A stretch of DNA of 28,671 bases, taken from assembly GCA_944393585.1 (NCBI GenBank), contig CALYAR010000095.1, positions 1-28,671 on the forward strand, given 5' to 3'. Both the position numbers and the translations under genes were made by a program. Numbering within the stretch: the stretch's first letter is position 1; each line of letters starts with the position of its first letter. Positions 17,862 through 25,391 of this stretch are shown in pieces. Under the pieces are notes generated by a model. That model made no database searches and was not told the origin of the DNA. It was given only the letters and a program-made list of their open reading frames with translations. Origin of the DNA: an uncultured Clostridia bacterium. Lineage in GTDB: Bacteria > Bacillota > Clostridia > CALYAR01.

Positions 17862-18314
17862 TTATACTCGGCCGGTCGAACCAAAACCGCCGTCTGCACG
17901 TTCAGTTTCTCCCAATTCCTTACAAACCTTCAAGACAGGCCGGACAACCGGCAATATAACCAGCTGGGCAATCCGCTCTCCCGCCTCAATGGTATAGTCC
18001 TCGTCTGACAGATTGACCATGGCGCATAAAATTTCCCCGCGGTAGTCGCTGTCGATTACCCCCACGCCGTTAGACAGGGCAATCCCTTTCTTGGAAGCCA
18101 GCCCGCTTCTGGCAAATACAAATGCCCCATATTCTGCTGAGGGAAGTTCAATGGCAATCCCCGTCGGCACATTAAGCCGCTCTCCCGCATGAATGACGAT
18201 GTCCCCGCCGGACGCATTGCGAAGATCCATTCCCGCAGCACCGTCTGTTGCATAAGCCGGTGCTGGAATTTCCGTTCCAATTTTATCCGATACATATTTG
18301 ACTTTCAATTCCAT
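17862..18314 (-). CDS. dut: dUTP diphosphatase
   Basis: The internal ATG at 18314 (MELKVKYVS..., AAGGAG 7 nt upstream) gives 150 aa. Trimeric dUTPase motifs AGMDL, GVIDSDYRGE and GGFGSTG are present. Confidence 0.92.
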   Translation of the reverse strand: MELKVKYVSDKIGTEIPAPAYATDGAAGMDLRNASGGDIVIHAGERLNVPTGIAIELPSAEYGAFVFARSGLASKKGIALSNGVGVIDSDYRGEILCAMVNLSDEDYTIEAGERIAQLVILPVVRPVLKVCKELGETERADGGFGSTGRV

Positions 18315-18327
18315 TTTTCTGCTCCTT

Positions 18328-20424
18328 TTATTGTACTCCTTTGATAAAATGACCTCGTGTAAATTGATTCTCCCCAAACGGATTGCCTGCCCGTTTTCCT
18401 GTAACCGCCTTATGATATTCCTCGATAACTCTTTGGCACTCCGCCCCGGACTCTAAAGTAAAGGAAAGGCGCAGATAATCCAGTTTAGGAACCGCTTTTT
18501 CCAGCACATCCGCCACATATACAGGCTTTGCATTTAGAAGGGTGCAAACCTGATGATCGCATAATTTGTCAAAACGAACTCCCATCCGGTCTTTCAAATA
18601 CAGTTTACTGCAATCCTTGCGGCAGGAACCATACCAGGCCCGAAACGGACAGTTGCGCAGAAGCATCAGCGGAGCACGGCCATAGACGACACATTCCAAA
18701 GGCAAATCGATACTGTTTGCAATGTGATTCATTTCTTTGCCGGTCAATTCCATCGACAACGTTACGGATGAAGCTCCCAATGTTTGATAAAAGTCTACGC
18801 AAGACCGGTTAAATGCGTTAAGCCGGAAATCTCCATATATGCGGCATTCCCCTGCCAGCGAAAAATATCCCAAATTTCCTACAAGCACTGCTCCCGACTT
18901 TGGGACTTGCTCCGGAATGATGTCTGGACATCGCAGCACGATCTCTGCCTGCAGTTTCATATTATTTGCCTCTTCCAAAAGGGAGGCCGGAACATAAAGA
19001 CGGGCAAACTCATATTGAGAAACTGCATATAACTGTTCCTTCGTTTCAACTGATACTGTCAGCAGGCCGCGGCGCTCTTTGCCCGACGAGCAATCGTGAA
19101 AAAAGGGCCGGAACGGAATCTCCCGCCGAACGGGAGATATTTGTTTTCGTTCTTCCTCTAGGCTCTCCGCCGCTGCCCGCCGTACAGCATTGATTTCGGA
19201 AACCGGGAGTGATAAGCCGTTCTCCAAGTCACAGGTGAAGTGATCGGCCTCAAAAACCGTATTCCCCAAACGGCATGCCTGATTTTCTAATCGAACGGCA
19301 TCCATCTCCACCTTCTGAGCAGGCTCCGGTAAGGTTTTCCCTGCTGCTCTTCCCGTTCTTCCTTCCCGGTCCTGCAGGGTGATCTGAAGCGGCTGTCCCG
19401 CTTTTAAAACAGCATGTACACCTACCGGAACCTTCCGAAAATTAGCATCTTCCCGGAAGGATTGATCAATGTCCTTTAAAAAGCGTTTTGTCTCAGATGA
19501 CAATATAGTTTCGCCCGCCCGATTGCCCGGTATTTCGTAAGACATCATTTCGCGCCCAAGCTTTCCAGTGAAATAGCCGTCAGTAAAACCGCTGCGGTTA
19601 AAGGCGGCCATTAAAGTTTCAAAATCTTCTTTGCAAAGTTTATGATGATGATCGAGGTACTTCCGGTAAATTTTGGTCACTGCTCCGACATACTGAGGTG
19701 ATTTTAGCCGCCCTTCAATTTTCAGCGAATCAATCAAATCCGGCTCAATCGTCCAAAGCTTGTCCGCCAGTGATAAATCCTTAGGGCTTAACAAATGCCC
19801 AGACGCAATCTTTTTTTCTCCATTGTACAGCTCATAGGGAAGACGGCACGGCTGGGCGCAGGCGCCTCGATTTCCGCTTCCCCCGCCTAGGAAACTGCTC
19901 ATCAGACATTGACCCGAACAGCTTTCACACAAGGCGCCATGGCCGAAAACCTCCAACTCGATTTTGGTGTTTCTGCGAATGGCTCGCATTTCTTTCTGGC
20001 TCAGTTCTCTCGCCAGAACAACCCGATGAAATCCCAGATTTTCCAGCATTTTTACACCGTTTGCGTCGTGGATAGCCATTTGTGTGCTGGCATGGACATG
20101 CATACCTGGCAAATTTTTTAATACGTAAACTCCTATGGCAGGATCTTGTACAATCACTGCGTCTGCTCCAATTCGGTATAAAAAATGCAAAAAGAAAAGC
20201 GCTTGCTCCATTTCCGCATCGTGGATCAATGTATTGACGGTAATATACACCTTGACCCCTCTTACATGCGCATAGGCTATCGCACGCTCTAATTCTTCGT
20301 CATCAAAATTTTTTGCCGACCGCCGCGCTCCAAATGAATTTCCTGCAAGGTAGACTGCATCTGCCCCATTCTGTACTGCTGCTCTCAACGCATCAAACGA
20401 TCCGGCAGGAGATAATAATTCCAT
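18328..20424 (-). CDS. U32-family protein, long form ('peptidase U32'; likely an Fe-S hydroxylase-type enzyme)
   Basis: ATG 20424 (MELLSPAGS..., GAGAGGA 5 nt upstream) gives 698 aa. The U32 core motif is E.F.HGALCESCSGQCLMSSF...NRGACAQPCR, with conserved cysteines. A long C-terminal extension follows. Confidence 0.85.
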   Translation of the reverse strand: MELLSPAGSFDALRAAVQNGADAVYLAGNSFGARRSAKNFDDEELERAIAYAHVRGVKVYITVNTLIHDAEMEQALFFLHFLYRIGADAVIVQDPAIGVYVLKNLPGMHVHASTQMAIHDANGVKMLENLGFHRVVLARELSQKEMRAIRRNTKIELEVFGHGALCESCSGQCLMSSFLGGGSGNRGACAQPCRLPYELYNGEKKIASGHLLSPKDLSLADKLWTIEPDLIDSLKIEGRLKSPQYVGAVTKIYRKYLDHHHKLCKEDFETLMAAFNRSGFTDGYFTGKLGREMMSYEIPGNRAGETILSSETKRFLKDIDQSFREDANFRKVPVGVHAVLKAGQPLQITLQDREGRTGRAAGKTLPEPAQKVEMDAVRLENQACRLGNTVFEADHFTCDLENGLSLPVSEINAVRRAAAESLEEERKQISPVRREIPFRPFFHDCSSGKERRGLLTVSVETKEQLYAVSQYEFARLYVPASLLEEANNMKLQAEIVLRCPDIIPEQVPKSGAVLVGNLGYFSLAGECRIYGDFRLNAFNRSCVDFYQTLGASSVTLSMELTGKEMNHIANSIDLPLECVVYGRAPLMLLRNCPFRAWYGSCRKDCSKLYLKDRMGVRFDKLCDHQVCTLLNAKPVYVADVLEKAVPKLDYLRLSFTLESGAECQRVIEEYHKAVTGKRAGNPFGENQFTRGHFIKGVQ

Positions 20425-20702
20425 CTTTGTCCTCTCTTCGTGTATTTTTTTTATTTCTTTTTTCGTTTTCACTTTTGCTTGCGGCAAATGGCCGCGCCGG
20501 CGTGACGAAGAATTAGGACAAACTGCAAGCCATGCCCCAAATCAATCGAAAAAGCTTTCTGCAAAAACCAAATTTGTCCGCAGCGAAAATAATCCCCCGC
20601 TCTTTCTGAACTTTTTTGATATAAAAAGCAAAGCGCCATCCAAATCGCTGACAAGAATCTTTCCGTTGCAAAACCTTAGAAGAGTCTTTCCTCTTTATAT
20701 CA

Positions 20703-21065
20703 CTACTGCTCTAACAGCTCGTTCAAATCTTTATCCTTTTGTTCCAGTTCTGCCCGCAAGGCGGCATTTTCCTTTTCCAATTCTTTTACCTTTTCCAACA
20801 GAGTATCAGTCGAATTGTCATATAGGCTGAGTTTATTTTTTAATTCTTCCACTGTTTCAGCCGCCCTTTGGGCAAAATCTTTGGCATTTAAGGCAACCAA
20901 TACAGACGCCATATCTACACTGATGCGGGAGTTCGAGGCCATGATTTCACTCATTTCACGGTCGACCGCTGCAGCAGTTCGATAAATATAATCGCTGTCT
21001 GCCTCAGATAAAATGGTATATTCCCTGCTTGCAATTTTCACAACCAGTCTGTTTTTCTCTCCCAC
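20703..21065 (-). CDS. zapA: Cell division protein ZapA
   Basis: 120 aa, GTG start with GGAGGAGG SD. N-terminal ZapA-like domain (VKIASREYTILSEADSDYIYRTAAAVDREMSEI) plus a C-terminal coiled coil. Confidence 0.75.
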   Translation of the reverse strand: MGEKNRLVVKIASREYTILSEADSDYIYRTAAAVDREMSEIMASNSRISVDMASVLVALNAKDFAQRAAETVEELKNKLSLYDNSTDTLLEKVKELEKENAALRAELEQKDKDLNELLEQ

Positions 21066-21102
21066 ACTGCCTCCTCCATTCTCTTCTTAACAATTTATCT
21101 AT

Positions 21103-21753
21103 CTATTTCATATTTTGAATCTGCCAATCGATGGGTTCAGTCCCCAGTGTTTGCAGCCATTCGTTCGTTTTTGAAAAATGGCGGCATCCAAAAAAACCAT
21201 AGGACGCTGAAAATGGACTCGGATGCGGTGCCGTCAGAATTTTATGAACTGGATTGGTAATAAGCGGGATCTTTTCTTTTGCATTGTTCCCCCACAAAAG
21301 AAATGCGAGAGGTTCTTTTCGGTTATTTAATTCCTCAATCACCCGATTGGTAAAAAACTCCCATCCCTTGTTGCGGTGTGAATTCGCACTGCCGGAACGA
21401 ACGGTCAATACAGTATTTAAGAGAAGTACTCCCTGTTTTGTCCAGGATATTAAACAGCCATGATTGGGAATATAGCATCCCAGGTCGTTGTTTAATTCCC
21501 GATAAATATTCATCAGCGACGGAGGAATCGCAACGCCGGGCCGAACTGAAAAACTCAACCCATGCGCCTGGCCAGGCCCGTGGTAGGGGTCCTGTCCCAG
21601 TATGACCGCTTTTACCTGATGATATGGTGTCATTTTCAACGCATTGAAAACATCATCCATCGGAGGATAGATAGTTTTCGTCCGATATTCCATTGCCAAA
21701 AATTTTTTCAACAATTTATAATATGGTTTTTCAAATTCATCTTTTAATATCAA
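21103..21753 (-). CDS. ung: Uracil-DNA glycosylase, family 1 (start codon uncertain; see findings)
   Basis: 216 aa from the first canonical start (TTG 21753). Motifs GQDPYHGPGQAHGLSFSV and HPSPFSA are present. The frame stays open upstream to 21792, and a strong SD sits at 21794-21788. Confidence 0.92.
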   Translation of the reverse strand: MILKDEFEKPYYKLLKKFLAMEYRTKTIYPPMDDVFNALKMTPYHQVKAVILGQDPYHGPGQAHGLSFSVRPGVAIPPSLMNIYRELNNDLGCYIPNHGCLISWTKQGVLLLNTVLTVRSGSANSHRNKGWEFFTNRVIEELNNRKEPLAFLLWGNNAKEKIPLITNPVHKILTAPHPSPFSASYGFFGCRHFSKTNEWLQTLGTEPIDWQIQNMK

Positions 21754-21822
21754 ATCCCACTCGTTTCCTAGAGTAACCGTAACTTTATCCTCCTAAATTA
21801 TCATTTGCATTGTCTCACCGCT

Positions 21823-22197
21823 TTACTTGCAATCCTCATAAAAACGATAGCCGCATTTACTGCAATAAACTGCGCTTTCCGCACATTTTTCCCCGCATTT
21901 GGGACAGAGCTTCTCATCATTGAGCTGTGCCAACCGAAGCTTCAGTTCCTCCAGCTTTTCTTTCAGCTCATCAATTAAGGCGCACTTATCCGCTACAAAC
22001 CCTTCAAATAGTTCTCCGGATAAATGCGACTCATAATAATATCTTCCGATTTCAGCATATGCCTTTGTGATCTGATCCTCAGCAGAAGAAATAGCACTTT
22101 TGCATTTCGTTTTTTCTACAAATTCATTGGACTTGTTCGAAACGGTCTGCGCCGCCTTATCAATGTACTGCTTTGCTTTTTCTAAGAAATCATTCAT
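21823..22197 (-). CDS. Coiled-coil protein with a C-terminal zinc ribbon, unknown function
   Basis: 124 aa. Helical N-terminus, and CPKCG...CSKCG at the C-terminus. Lies 31 nt downstream of the propeller protein gene on the same strand. Confidence 0.55.
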   Translation of the reverse strand: MNDFLEKAKQYIDKAAQTVSNKSNEFVEKTKCKSAISSAEDQITKAYAEIGRYYYESHLSGELFEGFVADKCALIDELKEKLEELKLRLAQLNDEKLCPKCGEKCAESAVYCSKCGYRFYEDCK

Positions 22198-22228
22198 TTC
22201 CTACACCCTTTCTGCCTAATTGCCGCAG

Positions 22229-23944
22229 TCAATTTACTTTGGAATATTCAAACAGCAAAGTTTTTACCTCGTTATCAATATATTCCACTTTGTTATTTTT
22301 GTACTGCACCAATTCTCCGCGCTGCAATACTGGATTGTAATTCCGAAAATATACGATCGATCCGTCGCCGCGGAAATAAAAATTGTTATATACATTTTCA
22401 TCAATCTTCTTTGCTTCTTCCGATGTGCGTATATCGGCCACATAGAGATTTCCGCTTCCGTCTTCCACGCTATAATTGCTCAAATAATACAACCAATCTC
22501 CCCCGGACAAAAGCTTATAGTTAAAAATATGCACATCTTTCGCTACAAAGACACTATTTTTATTTTTATAATAGTACAGTTCTCCGTTTCGCATACTGTC
22601 CATATTTTTGACATACGCGGTTACTTCTCCGTCTGCCGAAAGCGAAAATGCACTGACCTGCCGGTCGATTACTTCCTTGCTTTTCTGCCTTCCATTTTCA
22701 AATTCTATTTTAGAAAGGGTTCCCATTTTGCTTTGGACATCGTATTCTTCCATAAAAGCTACTGTTTGAAAATCCTCAGACACAGCCACTTGGCTTTGGT
22801 TATATATCATATCGGCAATTAGTACGGGATCGTGCTGTCCATTGAGCAGGTAAAGTTCCCCCATCGCATTCTGCGCTGTTTTATTTTTGGAGTAGAGATA
22901 TAAATCATCTGCAACATCTGCAGCAAACACTGTGTTTACATTTGTATCCAAAACCTTTTTTCCTTCAGGCTCCTCATAGGTGCTGAGCGTAAATACTCTT
23001 TGTTCCGCCTTTCCTGTCAAAAAAGCGATTTTTTCAAACGTTTCGTCTGGTACAACGTATCCAACATAAACATTTTCAGCGATTCGAATATTTCCTTTTT
23101 CAGATGTATTCTGGTAAAGCTCGCACTCATAAGTAGCCTCATCCGCCCCGCCTTTTAAATAATATATCTGTTTCTGGTCGGAAATACCGATCATTTTGCG
23201 CACGTTGGTATCAACTGACTGGGAATTCGCCCCATCAAACAGCATCAGCTGATTTCCCCCTGCTCCATCTGATTTTAGATAAATTAAATAGTTTTCATCG
23301 GGACTGAACAGGTATTCATCGATCAAGACGTCTTCATCGACTTTGACTGCTCCGGTGTCGGTGCCATATAGATACAATTCGCCCATTTGCTGGTCTGTTT
23401 CTTCGTGGTAAGTATAGTTTTCCAAATAAGCAACTTTAGCGCCGCTCCTGCTGCAAATAAGCGAAGATGCAACATTGTATGCAATCATTGTCTTGTCTTT
23501 TCCATTTTCGGATTGAAACAGAGTTCCGTTGTTTTTGGTCTCGTCATAGTTTTCCAAAAAGTAAATTGTTTTCCCTTCCTCTGCCTGAACTACCTTACCC
23601 GCTCCAATTGAATTGACGTAAGAAGAGAGCTCTGTCGTTTCTGTCTGATCAGGCAATTTCGAATACAATCCCTCTTCTTTCCAGTAGATTAAAGGATAGG
23701 AGCTTCGATCAATCATATTTCCGTTTTCATTTGATGGGAGAAAAATAAAAAACAGCAAGCAAACAAGCACCAAAATAACTGCAATAAAAGCAATCACGGT
23801 ACTTTTTCTCTTGAAAAAAGTTTTCTTGTGCCGGACTACATTGACCCGATTCGCTGCTGGTTCTAATGTGCTTTCTATATTGCGGCTAACATCCGCTCCG
23901 TTTTTTGCAATCGTGTCCTTACCGGTGCTCTTTTCATAAGACAT
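22229..23944 (-). CDS. Membrane-anchored protein with TolB/PD40-like beta-propeller repeats, unknown function
   Basis: The track ORF is 620 aa. I prefer ATG 23944 (MSYEKSTGKD..., GGGGGA 7 nt upstream), which gives 571 aa. One TM (VIAFIAVILVLVCLLFFIFL) is followed by about 480 aa with recurring blade-like units: GELYLYGTDTG, GELYLLNGQHD, GELYYYKNKNS, GELVQYKNNKV, GNLYVADIRTS. Confidence 0.6.
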   Translation of the reverse strand: MSYEKSTGKDTIAKNGADVSRNIESTLEPAANRVNVVRHKKTFFKRKSTVIAFIAVILVLVCLLFFIFLPSNENGNMIDRSSYPLIYWKEEGLYSKLPDQTETTELSSYVNSIGAGKVVQAEEGKTIYFLENYDETKNNGTLFQSENGKDKTMIAYNVASSLICSRSGAKVAYLENYTYHEETDQQMGELYLYGTDTGAVKVDEDVLIDEYLFSPDENYLIYLKSDGAGGNQLMLFDGANSQSVDTNVRKMIGISDQKQIYYLKGGADEATYECELYQNTSEKGNIRIAENVYVGYVVPDETFEKIAFLTGKAEQRVFTLSTYEEPEGKKVLDTNVNTVFAADVADDLYLYSKNKTAQNAMGELYLLNGQHDPVLIADMIYNQSQVAVSEDFQTVAFMEEYDVQSKMGTLSKIEFENGRQKSKEVIDRQVSAFSLSADGEVTAYVKNMDSMRNGELYYYKNKNSVFVAKDVHIFNYKLLSGGDWLYYLSNYSVEDGSGNLYVADIRTSEEAKKIDENVYNNFYFRGDGSIVYFRNYNPVLQRGELVQYKNNKVEYIDNEVKTLLFEYSKVN

Positions 23945-24145
23945 GTTTTTTTCCCCCAAATTGCACATGATAAACTTAGAAAACGAAAAATTCGCCGACA
24001 ACGGGGAGTGTTTTCCTATTGGCAACATTACCGAATCGATACGATCCATTTCGTATGGTTTTATTTTATCATTGCGGCATATCGTTGTCAATTAAAATAA
24101 AAAGAAAGTGAAAATGGAAAAATTTTAGGAGAAAATGGTGAAAAT

Positions 24146-24829
24146 ATGCTAAATATCTTTTGCAGAACGTTAATTATCTATTTGGTGGTCATTATAGCAA
24201 TGAGATTGATGGGAAAACGTCAAATCGGCGAGTTTGAACCATCCGAATTTGTAATAACCATTATGATCTCAGAAGTCGCTACCGTTCCTTTGGAAAATGT
24301 TTCAATACCAATTTTTCACGGAATTATACCAGTTGTAACACTGATTATCGCAGAAATTATCCTATCATTTTTTTGCTTAAAAAATTCCCGTTTTCGAAAT
24401 CTGTTTGTGGGAAGGCCAACCGTCATTATTCAAAACGGGGTATTAATCGAAAAAGAGCTAAAGCGCCTTCGGTATAACCTGGAAGATATTATTGAAGAAC
24501 TCCGCAACAGCGGTTATCCCAATATTTCGGAGATTGAATGCGCCGTTCTGGAAACCAACGGTCATCTCAGCGTGTTGCTAAAACCGGAGTACAGCCCCGT
24601 TACCAGAAAAGATCTTAGTATTCCGACTGAGTCATCTTCCATTTGCCATGTATTAATCAAAGACGGAACCGTTTTGTTCAGTGAACTGTCAAGAGTTAAT
24701 AAGGATATGAATTGGCTCAACTCACAGCTGAAAAAACAAAATATTAAAAAGCTTAATGATGTTTTCTTTGCCTGCATTGATCCCGCCGGAAAGGTGTATA
24801 TCCAGAAAAAAGAGGAGGAATCAAAATGA
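24146..24829 (+). CDS. YetF/DUF421-family membrane protein
   Basis: 227 aa. N-terminal TMs with MRLMGKRQIGEFEPSEF, and a C-terminal AVLETNGHLSVLLKPE block matching B. subtilis YetF (AILETNGMVSVLPK). Confidence 0.8.
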   Translation: MLNIFCRTLIIYLVVIIAMRLMGKRQIGEFEPSEFVITIMISEVATVPLENVSIPIFHGIIPVVTLIIAEIILSFFCLKNSRFRNLFVGRPTVIIQNGVLIEKELKRLRYNLEDIIEELRNSGYPNISEIECAVLETNGHLSVLLKPEYSPVTRKDLSIPTESSSICHVLIKDGTVLFSELSRVNKDMNWLNSQLKKQNIKKLNDVFFACIDPAGKVYIQKKEEESK

Positions 24830-25206
24830 AAAGCTTTCTTTGTGCCTTGTCCGCCTTTTGTATTCTCATTGCAGGCGGAATTTTATATACAAATTATCTT
24901 AATTCTCTATCCCAGAATCTGATAGAACAAACCGATGCGATTTTGGAAGCTGCTGAAACGGGGGACTTTTCGAAAACAAAAGAAAATTTTGAGCATTTTA
25001 AAGACTTTTATACGAAGAAGGAAACCATTCTGTATATGATGATTAACCACGATCAAATTGCAACAATTAATACATTAACCGATGCAGTCGAACAATATAT
25101 TTTCGCCGAAGATCGGACCAATACACTTGCGTACGGCGCAATGCTTCGGTTTCAGTTTGTCAACATGCCGCAGGAAGAAGTCGTTTCATTTGAAAATATC
25201 GTATAA
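24826..25206 (+). CDS. DUF4363-like small membrane-anchored protein
   Basis: 126 aa with an N-terminal TM. GAGGAGGA SD. Its ATG overlaps the DUF421 stop (ATGA). The DUF421/DUF4363 pairing is recalled from clostridial genomes. Confidence 0.5.
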   Translation: MKSFLCALSAFCILIAGGILYTNYLNSLSQNLIEQTDAILEAAETGDFSKTKENFEHFKDFYTKKETILYMMINHDQIATINTLTDAVEQYIFAEDRTNTLAYGAMLRFQFVNMPQEEVVSFENIV

Positions 25207-25274
25207 AATGTAAAAATAGCTCAAAAAATGAGAGGATGTTACGAAAAAATTAATAATTATTTCATAAAAAGGGG

Positions 25275-25303
25275 TTGCTTTTCCTATTGTTTTGCGTTAG
25301 AAT
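25275..25303 (+). promoter_or_regulatory. Sigma-A-type promoter candidate for the M23 peptidase gene
   Basis: TTGCTT (25275-25280), 17 nt, TAGAAT (25298-25303), about 90 nt upstream of ATG 25392. Confidence 0.45.
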
Positions 25304-25391
25304 GGGTTTTGTAATAAATTCGTAATAAGTTTTATATATTTATTACTAGATTTTGAAACAATTATGTAAAATTAAGAAAGAGGTAAACCCT

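Noticed and set aside
17399-17959. Track ORFs 17399..17638 (+), 17553..17741 (+) and 17738..17959 (+) in the long spacer. The plus frame of the first has only two internal stops between 17141 and 17636.
   Set aside because: None has an SD. The first needs a GTG start, the sequences are not protein-like, and the third overlaps dut in antisense. The open plus frame is statistically marginal once six frames are considered.
22220-22822. 200-aa plus-strand ORF, and similar antisense ORFs at 23387..23611, 26361..27050, 10425..10776, 15117..15542 and 11502..11918.
   Set aside because: All lie antisense within genes that have clear family motifs. They lack SDs and have low-complexity or hydrophobic compositions typical of antisense frames.
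23945-24091. N-terminal 49-codon extension of the propeller protein (track start at 24091).
   Set aside because: The extension has no SD and an implausible sequence. The internal ATG at 23944 has GGGGGA at ideal spacing.
24085-24145. Short direct repeats GTGAAAATGG / GAAAATGGTGAAAAT just upstream of the DUF421 gene, as a possible operator.
   Set aside because: Only two short A-rich copies overlap the SD region. That is too little information to separate them from chance.
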